DNA of 64,000 nucleotides from the NCBI RefSeq assembly GCF_041886205.1, contig NZ_CP169029.1. One strand, 5' to 3'. Positions within the stretch are counted from its first letter, which is position 1; every line of letters begins with the position of its first letter. This stretch comes from Escherichia coli. GTDB lineage: Bacteria > Pseudomonadota > Gammaproteobacteria > Enterobacterales > Enterobacteriaceae. The notes under the pieces were generated by a model that was given only the letters and a program-made list of their open reading frames with translations, searched no databases and had not been told where the DNA came from. Position numbers and translations under genes: made by a program. This document shows positions 1 through 10,182 of the stretch, piece by piece.

Positions 1-16
1 TTATCTCGTCATCAAT

Positions 17-223
17 ATGAATTGCCAACGGCTCCGTGATAGTGGTTTCACATATATAAAAACTTATATTTTTAGTACATTAGCCATCTATGTCATCTCT
101 TTCATCACAATGATTGTCGAACATTTTGACTGTTCCGGTAATGGTCCGATGATTTTTTTGATTTTTTATTTTTCCACCTTTGGCATGTTAGTTCTTGCCC
201 CTACTGATTCACCCCGCAAATAA
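17..223 (+). CDS. yigG: Small hydrophobic membrane protein; frame is open upstream to window edge, so may be 5'-truncated
   Basis: ORF track 68 aa, hydrophobic; sits upstream of yigF and next to corA as in known synteny; AT-rich. Symbol assigned by position only. Confidence 0.4.
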   Translation: MNCQRLRDSGFTYIKTYIFSTLAIYVISFITMIVEHFDCSGNGPMIFLIFYFSTFGMLVLAPTDSPRK

Positions 224-237
224 TTTATGGAGATTTT

Positions 238-618
238 ATGAGTAAGGATTATATGGAAGATGGTTCATTAACTGAAAAGTGGAAGTACCGCTTTTCTTTT
301 TATGATGAACATGGGTTCCCTGGATTTTGGGGTGCAAGCCCAGAATATAAGAAAGCATTTAAAGCATTAAAACCAAGACAAAGGATAACAATTCAAACAA
401 ATATTATTGCATTTTTCTTCTCATGGATCTATTTATTTGTCTTGGGATTATGGAAGAAAGCTATTGTTGTTCTAGTGCTGGCAATATTTTCTTTAATTTT
501 TGGTTACATGATTGGCTATAATGTATTTGGTTTTATCATCGCCGCTTATGTTTCATACAATACCAACAGATGGTTCTATGAAAAAGAAGTAAAAGGTATT
601 AATACCTGGAATTTATGA
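238..618 (+). CDS. yigF: Inner membrane protein YigF (DUF2628-like), 126 aa
   Basis: ORF track 126 aa; two hydrophobic segments; GGAG-like RBS upstream; synteny next to corA. Confidence 0.7.
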   Translation: MSKDYMEDGSLTEKWKYRFSFYDEHGFPGFWGASPEYKKAFKALKPRQRITIQTNIIAFFFSWIYLFVLGLWKKAIVVLVLAIFSLIFGYMIGYNVFGFIIAAYVSYNTNRWFYEKEVKGINTWNL

Positions 619-660
619 ATAACAGGTGGCTTAGCCAGGCTAAGCCACCGCTCTCGTTTT

Positions 661-1611
661 TTACAACCAGTTCTTCCGCTTAAAGTACAGATACGGTGCC
701 AGGCCCGCGAGTATCATAAAGATAATCGCGCCTGGGTAACCAAAGCTCCACTTCAGTTCCGGCATAAACTCAAAGTTCATCCCATAGCTGGAAGCAACCA
801 GCGTTGGCGGCAGGAACACGACGGATACCACCGAGAAGATTTTGATAATGCGGTTCTGCTCGATGTTGATAAAGCCCATCGCCGCCTGCATCAGGAAGTT
901 CACCTTCTGGAACAGAGATTCGTTATGCGGCAGCAGGGATTCGATATCTCGCAGGATTTCACGCGCCTGCTCCAGTTGCCCGCCCGGTAAACGCGCCTTA
1001 CGCACCAGGAAGTTGAGCGCACGCTGGGTATCCATCAGACACAGGCGAACTTTCCAGCCGATATCTTCCAGTTCCGCCAGCGTGGAGAGCGCCTCGTCGT
1101 ACTCATCGCCCTGATGCCCTTCCATAATTACCCGGCTCAACTGCTCCAGATCGCTGTAGATGTTTTCAATTTCATCTGCCAACTGTTCGATTTTGGTTTC
1201 GAACAGATCCAGCAGCAACTCGTAGGCGTTACCGTCTACCATCGACTGGCTACGGGCACGCATACGATACAGACGAAAAGCGGGCAGTTCACGCTCACGC
1301 AGAGTAAACAGACGACCATCACGGATGGTAAATGCCACAGTGGAGTTACCGGCGTGATCTTCCGCATCTTCAAAGAAGAAGAAGGAGTGAATATGCAGGC
1401 CGTCGTCGTCTTCAAAGAAACGTGCCGATGCTTCGATGTCTTCCAGTTCCGGGCGGGTTGCCAGGCTCTGGCCAAGTTCAGATTGTACGCGCAGTCGCTC
1501 GTCGTCGTCCGGTTCGACAAGATCAATCCATACTGCATTTACAAGGGGTTGTGACTCTTCGACTTCCAGCCGGGTCAGTCGGTTATTTTCCAGTTGAAAT
1601 GCGCTCAGCAT
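661..1611 (-). CDS. corA: Magnesium/cobalt transport protein CorA
   Basis: ORF translation has native N-terminus [10 protein letters not shown] (start trimmed 5 codons from ORF-track start) and C-terminal YGMNFE pore motif with two TM segments; 316 aa. Confidence 0.95.
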   Translation of the reverse strand: MLSAFQLENNRLTRLEVEESQPLVNAVWIDLVEPDDDERLRVQSELGQSLATRPELEDIEASARFFEDDDGLHIHSFFFFEDAEDHAGNSTVAFTIRDGRLFTLRERELPAFRLYRMRARSQSMVDGNAYELLLDLFETKIEQLADEIENIYSDLEQLSRVIMEGHQGDEYDEALSTLAELEDIGWKVRLCLMDTQRALNFLVRKARLPGGQLEQAREILRDIESLLPHNESLFQKVNFLMQAAMGFINIEQNRIIKIFSVVSVVFLPPTLVASSYGMNFEFMPELKWSFGYPGAIIFMILAGLAPYLYFKRKNWL

Positions 1612-1980
1612 GACCGGGACTCCCAATGCTTAAAATATCGGACAGTTCGGTGGGCACACAGAAACAAATTGGGTTTCAGACCATTAAACAGCCTGACTCA
1701 GCGCGACGGGAAAAATTGAGGTCGCTGACAACCGCTAAGGCTATCAGCAAAAAGGGATAGCCTTAGGAGTTGATCCTGGATGACAGGATAGTGAGCCAGT
1801 ATCTACTGGGTGTGTCCAAGGCGAATGTCCTCTTAGAGTGATCGTGCGCGCATGTTACGCCAGCAAAATTTTGCCGTCAACACGCAACAGAACACCACAG
1901 AACAATAGTTGAACTTCGCGCTTTTTGGTACTCGTCAAGGTCGCTAACAGGATAAAAAAATCCCACATCCAGGACCTATA

Positions 1981-2745
1981 ATGGCGCATCGGCTACTCAT
2001 TGGTAAAGGAATGATCACCTTGAATCTCAAACGGATTTTTCTCACCCTCACCTTACTTCCCTTGTTTGCTGTTGCCGCTGATGATTGCGCACTCTCAGAT
2101 CCGACGCTGACCGTACAGGCGTATACCGTTAATCCTCAAACAGAGCGGGTGAAAATGTACTGGCAAAAAGCCAATGGCGAAGCGTGGGGAACGTTACATG
2201 CTCTGCTGGCGGATATGAATAGTCAGGGTCAGGTGCAGATGGCGATGAACGGCGGCATCTATGATGAAAGCTATGCGCCGCTCGGTTTGTACATCGAAAA
2301 CGGTCAGCAGAAGGTGGCGTTAAATCTCGCTTCAGGTGAAGGGAATTTCTTTATTCGTCCTGGCGGCGTGTTTTATGTCGCGGGAGATAAAGTCGGCATC
2401 GTTCGTCTGGATGCCTTTAAAGCCAGTAAAGAGATTCAGTTTGCGGTGCAGTCAGGGCCAATGTTGATGGAAAACGGTGTAATTAATCCGCGTATTCATC
2501 CCAACGTCGCCTCACGCAAAATTCGTAACGGTGTTGGGATTAATAAACATGGGAACGCCGTGTTTTTGTTGAGCCAGCAGGCAACAAATTTTTATGATTT
2601 TTCCTGTTATGCCAAAGCGAAACTGAACGTTGAGCAGCTGCTTTATCTTGATGGCACGATTTCACATATGTATATGAAAGGCGGGGCAATCCCGTGGCAA
2701 CGCTATCCTTTTGTCACCATGATTTCCGTCGAGCGGAAAGGTTAG
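1981..2745 (+). CDS. yigE: Exported protein YigE (DUF2233), signal peptide present
   Basis: ORF track 254 aa with N-terminal signal-like hydrophobic segment; located between corA and uvrD. Confidence 0.8.
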   Translation: MAHRLLIGKGMITLNLKRIFLTLTLLPLFAVAADDCALSDPTLTVQAYTVNPQTERVKMYWQKANGEAWGTLHALLADMNSQGQVQMAMNGGIYDESYAPLGLYIENGQQKVALNLASGEGNFFIRPGGVFYVAGDKVGIVRLDAFKASKEIQFAVQSGPMLMENGVINPRIHPNVASRKIRNGVGINKHGNAVFLLSQQATNFYDFSCYAKAKLNVEQLLYLDGTISHMYMKGGAIPWQRYPFVTMISVERKG

Positions 2746-2783
2746 AATGATAGTTTTGTGTCAGATACTAAATATGCTGCTGA

Positions 2784-2890
2784 TGCCGGAAGCGGCGTAA
2801 ACGCCTTATCCGGCCTACATGACGTTGCAATTTATTGAATCTGAATGATTTTTTAGGCCAAATAAGGTGCGCAGCACCGCATCCGGCAAC
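2784..2890. repeat. RIP/BIME-type element: two inverted REP (GCCGGATG...) copies flanking an IHF-like core cgttgcaatttattgaat
   Basis: Palindromic REP units readable directly; the same core recurs at 21311-21415. Confidence 0.8.
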
Positions 2891-2891
2891 G

Positions 2892-5054
2892 TTACACCGA
2901 CTCCAGCCGGGCGTAAGCTGCCACCAGCCATTTGATTCCCTGGCCCTGGAATGCCACCTGCAAACGGCTATGTTCGCCGCTGCCTTCCATATTGACGATA
3001 GTGCCTTCACCAAACTTAGCGTGGCGTACGCGCTGGCCGAGCTTGTAGCCGCTGTCGTTCTCGACCATCGGCGTACCCATCCGCTGATGGCTAACCGGGC
3101 GGCTTACCGTGGCGCGCAGGCGCACCTCTTCCACACACTCTTCCGGCAGCTCGCCAATAAAGCGCGACGGGCGATGGTAAACTTCTTTGCCATACAGACG
3201 GCGAGTTTCCGCGTAGGTCAGCGTCAGTTTCTGCATCGCGCGGGTTACACCAACGTAGGCCAGACGGCGTTCTTCTTCCAGACGCCCGCCTTCATCCAGC
3301 GACATCTGGCTTGGGAACATGCCCTCTTCCATACCAACGATAAACACCTGAGGAAACTCCAGACCTTTCGCCGAGTGTAGCGTCATCAACTGCACCGCAT
3401 CCTGCCAGGTATCCGCCTGCCCTTCACCTGCTTCCAGTGCCGCATGGGAGAGGAACGCCTGCAGCGGCATTAAATCTTCGTCTTCTTCGTTGTAGCTGAA
3501 CTGGCGCGTTGCCGTCACCAGTTCCTCTAAGTTTTCGATACGCGTCTGACCTTTTTCGCCCTTCTCCTGCTCGTACATGGTGCGCAGGCCGGAGTCTTTA
3601 ATTACCCGGTCAGTCTGTACATGCAGCGGCATATCGGCAGTTTCTTGCGCTAAGGCGTCGATTAATTCCATAAATCGCTGCAAGGCGCTGGCAGCTCGCC
3701 CGGCGAGCGCTTTTTCCTGCAACAGCTCACGACATGCCTGCCAGAGTGTTAACTGGCGATCGCGCGATGTCTGACGTACCACGTCCAGCGTCCGGTCACC
3801 AATACCCCGCGTTGGCGTATTCACCACACGCTCAAAGGCCGCGTCGTCGTTGCGGTTGGCAATCAGGCGCAGATACGAGAGCGCATCTTTGATTTCCTGG
3901 CGTTCGAAGAATCGCATCCCGCCGTAAATACGGTACGGCATACTGGCCTGCAATAACGCCTCTTCCAGTACACGCGACTGGGCGTTGCTGCGGTAGAGAA
4001 TGGCGCACTCGGCAAGCGCCCCGCCGTTGTCCTGCCAGGTTTTGATGCGGTTAACCACAAAACGCGCTTCATCGAGTTCGTTAAAAGCGCAATAGAGGGA
4101 AATAGGCTCACCGTCCGCGCCATCGGTCCACAGTTTTTTACCCAGACGCCCGTTATTGTTTTCAATCAGGGCGTTAGCGGCGCTCAGAATATTGCTGGTA
4201 GAGCGGTAGTTTTGCTCCAGACGAATAGTTTCGGCACCGGGGAAATCATTAAGGAAACGCTGAATATTCTCCACCTGCGCCCCGCGCCAGCCGTAGATTG
4301 ACTGGTCGTCATCACCGACGATCATCACTTTGCCGGTGTCGCCCGCCAGCAGGCGGATCCACGCGTACTGAATGTTGTTGGTATCCTGGAATTCGTCCAC
4401 CAGGATGTTGGTAAAACGTTCGCGGTAGTGTTGCAGGATATGCGGCTTGTTAAGCCACAGTTCGTGGGCGCGCAGCAGCAGCTCGGCGAAGTCCACCAGG
4501 CCCGCGCGGTCACACGCTTCCTGATACGCCTGATACACCTTCTGCCAGGTCTGCTCCACCGGATTACCGTAGCTTTGAATATGATGCGGACGCAGGCCTT
4601 CATCTTTCTGGCTGTTGATGTACCACATTGCCTGGCGCGGCGGCCACTGCTTCTCGTCGAGGTTCATGGCTTTGATCAGACGCTTAAGCAGGCGTAGCTG
4701 GTCTTCACTGTCGAGGATCTGGAAATCCTGCGGCAGATTGGCGTCCATATGGTGCGCACGCAGCAAACGATGCGCCAGCCCGTGGAAGGTGCCGACCCAC
4801 ATGCCGCCCTGGCTGGTGCCCATCAGTTGCCCGATACGATGACGCATTTCCGCCGCCGCTTTGTTGGTAAACGTCACCGCCATAATCGAGTATGGCGAGC
4901 AGTTTTCCACGCTCATCAGCCAGGCGATACGATGCACCAGTACGCGCGTCTTACCACTGCCCGCGCCCGCCAGCACCAGAAGGTTGCTGCGTGGCGCGGC
5001 CACCGCTTCGCGCTGTTTGTCGTTAAGGCTGTCGAGCAGGTAAGAAACGTCCAT
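2892..5054 (-). CDS. uvrD: DNA helicase II UvrD
   Basis: Translation begins MDVSYLLDSLNDKQREAV with Walker A AGAGSGKT; 720 aa after trimming the ORF-track N-terminal extension. Confidence 0.95.
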   Translation of the reverse strand: MDVSYLLDSLNDKQREAVAAPRSNLLVLAGAGSGKTRVLVHRIAWLMSVENCSPYSIMAVTFTNKAAAEMRHRIGQLMGTSQGGMWVGTFHGLAHRLLRAHHMDANLPQDFQILDSEDQLRLLKRLIKAMNLDEKQWPPRQAMWYINSQKDEGLRPHHIQSYGNPVEQTWQKVYQAYQEACDRAGLVDFAELLLRAHELWLNKPHILQHYRERFTNILVDEFQDTNNIQYAWIRLLAGDTGKVMIVGDDDQSIYGWRGAQVENIQRFLNDFPGAETIRLEQNYRSTSNILSAANALIENNNGRLGKKLWTDGADGEPISLYCAFNELDEARFVVNRIKTWQDNGGALAECAILYRSNAQSRVLEEALLQASMPYRIYGGMRFFERQEIKDALSYLRLIANRNDDAAFERVVNTPTRGIGDRTLDVVRQTSRDRQLTLWQACRELLQEKALAGRAASALQRFMELIDALAQETADMPLHVQTDRVIKDSGLRTMYEQEKGEKGQTRIENLEELVTATRQFSYNEEDEDLMPLQAFLSHAALEAGEGQADTWQDAVQLMTLHSAKGLEFPQVFIVGMEEGMFPSQMSLDEGGRLEEERRLAYVGVTRAMQKLTLTYAETRRLYGKEVYHRPSRFIGELPEECVEEVRLRATVSRPVSHQRMGTPMVENDSGYKLGQRVRHAKFGEGTIVNMEGSGEHSRLQVAFQGQGIKWLVAAYARLESV

Positions 5055-5112
5055 TGGCACCGCCGCGTAAAAATAGGTTGGGCGGAGAAGCGCAACGCCC
5101 TCCGCCAAAAAG

Positions 5113-5128
5113 CTGGGTATATATACAG
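5113..5128 (-). promoter_or_regulatory. LexA (SOS) box CTGTATATATACCCAG upstream of uvrD
   Basis: CTG-N10-CAG palindrome about 60 bp upstream of the uvrD start codon. Confidence 0.8.
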
Positions 5129-5137
5129 ATTTGCTGA

Positions 5138-5854
5138 TTATATCAGCGAGGTCAGAGATGCCAACCGGGAAATTTCCAGATGCGGCAGTAAACGGCTGTC
5201 CCAGGTTTGCATCAGATCGCCATTTTCCGGTCTGATCCAACAAGCCTGCATTCCGCTGCGAATTGCCCCACCCACGTCAGTGGTGAGATCGTCCCCAACA
5301 TGTAAGATCTCGCCGATCGGCACGTTGAGTTTTTCCGCAGCCAGAAAGTACATATCGCTGAACGGTTTTGAGCGCCCGTGCGGGCCAGCGCGCAGCACAA
5401 ACTCAAAATAATCCCCCAAACCAAACAGTTCCGGCTGGGCGTTACCGTTGGTGATCGCCACCAGCGGCCATTTCTTCGCCAGCTGTTTTAAGGTGTCGTG
5501 AGTTTGCTGCGGGACGTCGATTCGGCTGCGCCATTTGGCAAAGTTAATCATTGCTGCGTGTGCGCCTGCACTGGCTTCTTCGGCACTCAGCCCGGCGTCG
5601 AGCATCGCTTGTTCAATCGATCGAAAACGCCAGCGCGTCACATCGTGATAAATCTCGGGTTCCGCTTCCCGTACCGCCTGGCGCAGGCGTTGCAGATCTT
5701 CATTCCGGAAGCTGCGCAGCGCCGGATGATAATTTTGCACAAAGGTAAGCGCCTCTCGCTCGGTGCGCAAAATCACCGGACGGTTATCGTAAAGGGTATC
5801 ATCCAGGTCAAAGGTGAGCGCCGAGATGCGCCCCAAAGGCCGGTAAAAACGCAT
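5138..5854 (-). CDS. yigB: HAD-family phosphatase YigB
   Basis: ORF 238 aa with HAD motif [11 protein letters not shown] near N-terminus. Confidence 0.9.
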   Translation of the reverse strand: MRFYRPLGRISALTFDLDDTLYDNRPVILRTEREALTFVQNYHPALRSFRNEDLQRLRQAVREAEPEIYHDVTRWRFRSIEQAMLDAGLSAEEASAGAHAAMINFAKWRSRIDVPQQTHDTLKQLAKKWPLVAITNGNAQPELFGLGDYFEFVLRAGPHGRSKPFSDMYFLAAEKLNVPIGEILHVGDDLTTDVGGAIRSGMQACWIRPENGDLMQTWDSRLLPHLEISRLASLTSLI

Positions 5855-6750
5855 TATTTCCCCCGTTTGGCGCGTGGATGCGCCGCATCGTACACCGAGG
5901 CAAGGTGTTGAAAATCAAGATGAGTATAGATTTGCGTGGTGGAGAGGTTGGCATGACCCAGCAGCTCCTGCACACCACGAAGATCGCCGCTCGACTCCAG
6001 CATATGCGTGGCGAACGAGTGACGTAATTTATGCGGATGAACGTGATTATTCAGCCCTTGTTTTATGCCCCATTCGGCAAAGCGTTTCTGCACATTACGC
6101 GCGGAGATACGCTTGCCCAGTTTCGACAGAAAAAGCGCGTCGTCTTCGCTACCAAACAGGTCGCGCAAATCAAGCCAGTGCTCAATCCACGCCACAGCGT
6201 TGCGACCAATCGGCAGGCGGCGCTCTTTGCTGCCTTTCCCCATTACCCACACTTCACCAGACTCCAGGTCGAGGTGTTTGATATCCAGCCCCACCAGCTC
6301 GGAAAGACGCAGACCCGCGCCGTACATCACTTCCAGCATTGCACGGTCGCGTACAGCGAGGGGATCGTTGATATCAATATCCAGCAGCCGATTCATATCG
6401 TCGACGTCGATGTTTTTCGGCAGATGACGCGGCGCTTTCGGTGCCGAAACTCCTTTCGCCGGGTTAGCTTTGAGTTCGTTCTGGCTGACCAGCCAGTCAA
6501 AAAAGCTACGTAGCGCAGAAAGCCGTAACGCCAGACTTGCTGCTCCCAGCCCTTTACGGCGACTGCGTACAGCAAAATTGCGTACCATCGCTGCATCGCA
6601 TTGTTGCCAGCTTTGCAGGCCGTTTTCGCTGGCAAAATTGATGATCGCCTCAAGCTGACGCTGGTAGTTAAGTAGGGTTATCGGGCTAAGCTGACGCTCC
6701 ACGCTCAGATAACGTAGGTAGCGTTCTACATCGGTGTGTAAATCGGTCAT
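5854..6750 (-). CDS. xerC: Tyrosine site-specific recombinase XerC
   Basis: 298 aa; C-terminal catalytic HxLRHSFAT...LGH...Y signature of tyrosine recombinases; synteny dapF-yigA-xerC-yigB. Confidence 0.95.
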   Translation of the reverse strand: MTDLHTDVERYLRYLSVERQLSPITLLNYQRQLEAIINFASENGLQSWQQCDAAMVRNFAVRSRRKGLGAASLALRLSALRSFFDWLVSQNELKANPAKGVSAPKAPRHLPKNIDVDDMNRLLDIDINDPLAVRDRAMLEVMYGAGLRLSELVGLDIKHLDLESGEVWVMGKGSKERRLPIGRNAVAWIEHWLDLRDLFGSEDDALFLSKLGKRISARNVQKRFAEWGIKQGLNNHVHPHKLRHSFATHMLESSGDLRGVQELLGHANLSTTQIYTHLDFQHLASVYDAAHPRAKRGK

Positions 6751-7454
6751 ACGCGTTCAATCCAACGCTCCAGAAGCTCCGGCAACATCAGCGCAATTTC
6801 ATGAAGTAACTGCGTTCCCTGCCCTTGTTGATAGTGACTGGCATCGCGACTGGTAAACAGCACGATACCCAAATCAGCATCGCTTCCCAGCATCGACATC
6901 GCCACCGATCCCACCGCTTTCGCTTCCGGTAGCACCACCAGCAGCTCCGGTCCGTTAAGCGGCCCAAGATAGTGCTGTTCCTGCCCCAGACGCTGAATAC
7001 GCAGCGGTTCGAAAGACTGACGGCTTAATGCCAGATGAGTGTGGTTCGACGGCGCACCTAAGCGCCAGCGATCCGGAAACAGGCGCAGACTCGCACCAGC
7101 CAGGCCGAGATCGCGCGCCCAGCGGTGAAAGCGCATCAGCATATCATCGAGACTGCTGGCGGCGGTGAGACTGCGCTGCAGGTAGAGTAGGCGATAAAAC
7201 AGCCCTTCGTTGGCGATAGCCTGTTCCATCAACAGCGCCATGTTCTCCTCCAGAACATGAATATGATTACGTGCGCGGGCCATGTGCCATTCGACCAACG
7301 AAACGGTGCCGCGTACCGGATGCGGCACACGTATCGCTTCGACTGCGCGCGCATTGCGGATAAAAAACTCAGGATTTTTAATCAGATAATCGACAACCGC
7401 CCGGTCATCAAGCTCCGTGAGTGTTTCCTGCAGTTCTTCCCCTGGTTGCTTCAT
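6747..7454 (-). CDS. yigA: DUF484 protein YigA
   Basis: 235 aa ORF overlapping xerC start by 4 nt; conserved operon position. Confidence 0.85.
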
Positions 7455-8275
7455 AGATGAATAAATCCGTCGTAGACATGTACCGCCGGGCCAGTCATAT
7501 ATAACGGGTGACCCGGACCTTTCCAGGCGATATCAAGACGACCGCCGGGGAGTTCCACGCGTACTTCTTCGGCCAGCAAACCTTGCTGAATCCCTACCGC
7601 CACCGCCGCACATGCGCCGCTGCCGCAGGCCTGGGTTTCTCCTGCCCCACGCTCATAGACGCGTAAACGAATATGCTCGCGCTTAACCACTTGCATAAAA
7701 CCGATATTGGCGCGCTCCGGAAAACGTTCGTGGCTTTCCAGAACAGGACCAAGCGTTTCTACCGCCGCAGTATCGACATCATCGACCTGAATCACGCAAT
7801 GCGGATTTCCCATCGACACCACGCCGCATAAGATTGTCTGCTCGGCAGCGCGCATAATATAGGTCTTTTCCGCTTTGTTAGCGCGAAACGGCACGGCAGA
7901 AGGTTCGAAGTTGGGTTCGCCCATATTTACGCGGACCAGATCGTCATCGGTGACGGTCAGAACCATCCGCCCGTTGGCGGTGCTGACGCGGATATCGCGC
8001 TTATTGGTCAGCCCTTTCAGACGCACGAAACGGGCAAAGCAGCGCGCGCCGTTGCCGCACTGCGCCACTTCACTGCCATCAGCATTGAAAATGCGATAGT
8101 GAAAATCCAGTTCAGGATCATACGGCGGCTCAACCACCAGCAACTGATCAAACCCTACCCCCAGGTGCCGATCCGCCAGGCGACGAATCAGTTCCGGTGA
8201 AAAAAAGACATTCTGCGTTACCGCGTCGACGACCATAAAATCGTTGCCAAGGCCATGCATTTTCGAGAACTGCAT
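7451..8275 (-). CDS. dapF: Diaminopimelate epimerase DapF
   Basis: Translation [17 protein letters not shown] with catalytic Cys motifs (CGNGARC, CGSGACA); 274 aa. Confidence 0.95.
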
Positions 8276-8311
8276 CATTTACTCCAATCACGCGGGTACA
8301 GAAACTGACTT

Positions 8312-8515
8312 TTAGTAATTCACCTGGGATGGACCATCGCCAGTGGCACGGTCGTTTTTATCCGGCACCGTGGATTGCGTTTGTGTCTCTACCGGTTTGG
8401 TCGGCGGCGGTGCATTTTTATCTGCAGGCGGGAAATAGAGCGGACCTTTCAGACCGCAGCCCGTCAGGCTGAAGAGAGTAAGTAATACAGTGAGTGCCTT
8501 AAACACGTTTTTCAT
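8312..8515 (-). CDS. yifL: Small lipoprotein YifL
   Basis: 67 aa with lipobox LTGC after signal peptide; Pro-rich tail. Confidence 0.85.
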   Translation of the reverse strand: MKNVFKALTVLLTLFSLTGCGLKGPLYFPPADKNAPPPTKPVETQTQSTVPDKNDRATGDGPSQVNY

Positions 8516-8703
8516 TATGGATTGCCTGTAAAGTTCATCGCTTTCTGCTTTCTATCATCGCAGGAGAAGGCGTAAAAGCAAGCGTTTAGCGACTCTTTAT
8601 GAAGTCTGAAAAGTGAGGAAATGCTGCGAGTATAACGCTTACTCGTGGGGATTTATGTTTTGCTGGTAGTTTCGTGATCGGCACCTCGCGCCAGGATGGC
8701 TTT

Positions 8704-10182
8704 ATGCACTATCGCAATGTGGTTTGTTTGTTGTCTTGTTCGTTGTTTTTATCGTCGGCATGGGGATGTCGGCTTGATGAGCCGGAACATAATATTTACC
8801 AGAAACAGGGAAAAGGCGTGGTGTACCTGCGCCCTTATAAAGAAACAAATCTTTCTCTACCTGACGTGAATTACAAGAGTTTGCGTCGTTTACCTAATTT
8901 ATTAATAGACGCAACAACACAAGATGAATGGAATAAAGAACCACCTCTGACTGATCTAACAACTGACAACCTCTATGAGGGCGCACAAGCCTGGTATCCC
9001 CATTACTCCTGGCATAGCGATGGTCGCTATATCCTCTACGCGGGTGAAGTAGTGCAAAATCCTCACGACGCACCACCCGTCGATATCGCCTCATTCAAGG
9101 CATGGGGAGATTTTGCCGCAGATAAACACAGTCTCTATTTTGAAGGCAAGCGCACCGATAACAATGGCGGGGGAAATCGCTTAGATATCAAAACACTGCA
9201 TCAGGTGGAATTCCGGCCTCCCTGGGATCCTGACTTACTGGGGCTGATATTACGTGACGCTAATTTCTTGTATATCAATGGGCATCGCCTCGCAGATCCC
9301 GATAGTTTCCGTGTGCTGGCACAAAAGTCATGGGATCAACGAGGAAAGTTTTCTACCGCGTTTAATCCCTGTGTGGCTATGCCATTTGGCCCATGGGATA
9401 CCCTGGCTCGTACACGGACCAAAATCCTGATCAACGGCGAACAGCTTGATGCCGACCCGGACACTTTTTCCGTCGTGCGCTGGATGCCCGGCTCACTCTT
9501 GACCTGGCGTGATAAAAACGGGCTGCAGCGTAAAGTCCTCGACAAGGAAAATCTGGCGTGGGATGAGGATTTAACAAAGCACTGTCTGGATTTTTCTCTG
9601 CTGGAAAAGAAAGTGTTCTGGCGTCGGGGGCCTGACTGTAAACAGGAAGAATTACCGGGACTCGATCCGGAACAGTTTCACCCCATCAGTGATGCTGTCG
9701 CACAGTATCAGGACTCGCTTTATACCATCATCGAAACAGAGTCTGGTGACCGCAAGCTGGAGATCGTGAAACTTGATGATCCTAATCTTATTATCAACAA
9801 ACGTTTCAACGCCGGGAAACGCCACGGCTATTTACTTACGCGTGCCGAAGGGTGGCCAAACCATTCCGGTTTACACGTGTTTGAATCTGATGGACCGCTG
9901 ATCTTACTGGATAACCGCTCTCCGGATGAACGCGAAGCCCATCTTAATGACCATCCCTTTTTGCGCAGATGGTATGCCCGCGATAACCGCTACGTTTACA
10001 GCTTTGATGGCGCGCAGCTCTGGCGATACCGCACCGCGGATCCGAAACAAGTTCGCTTAATCTGGAAGGAACAACATTCGGGATATGGCTATGGCGTAAA
10101 TTACAAAACGGGATATCTGGACGGAAAAATTACCGATGACGGCGAATTTATTCCTGCCCCGCGCAATGAGGCGACAAAATGA
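8704..10182 (+). CDS. Exported DKNYY-like repeat protein (paralog A), function unknown; start could be 8674 (GTG) or 8704 (ATG)
   Basis: ORF track 502 aa; N-terminal signal/lipoprotein-like segment (…LFLSSAWGC); repeated blocks such as VDIASFKAWGDFAADKHSLYF, RLADPDSF, DADPDTFSVV, ARDNRYVYSFDG; collinear similarity to the downstream ORF. Confidence 0.7.
   Translation: MHYRNVVCLLSCSLFLSSAWGCRLDEPEHNIYQKQGKGVVYLRPYKETNLSLPDVNYKSLRRLPNLLIDATTQDEWNKEPPLTDLTTDNLYEGAQAWYPHYSWHSDGRYILYAGEVVQNPHDAPPVDIASFKAWGDFAADKHSLYFEGKRTDNNGGGNRLDIKTLHQVEFRPPWDPDLLGLILRDANFLYINGHRLADPDSFRVLAQKSWDQRGKFSTAFNPCVAMPFGPWDTLARTRTKILINGEQLDADPDTFSVVRWMPGSLLTWRDKNGLQRKVLDKENLAWDEDLTKHCLDFSLLEKKVFWRRGPDCKQEELPGLDPEQFHPISDAVAQYQDSLYTIIETESGDRKLEIVKLDDPNLIINKRFNAGKRHGYLLTRAEGWPNHSGLHVFESDGPLILLDNRSPDEREAHLNDHPFLRRWYARDNRYVYSFDGAQLWRYRTADPKQVRLIWKEQHSGYGYGVNYKTGYLDGKITDDGEFIPAPRNEATK

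Noticed and set aside
2892-5243. 783-aa extended uvrD ORF overlapping the 3' end of yigB
   Set aside because: The native UvrD N-terminus (MDVSYLLDSL...) begins 63 codons downstream, with the LexA box and promoter in between; the extension is an artefact of taking the longest frame.
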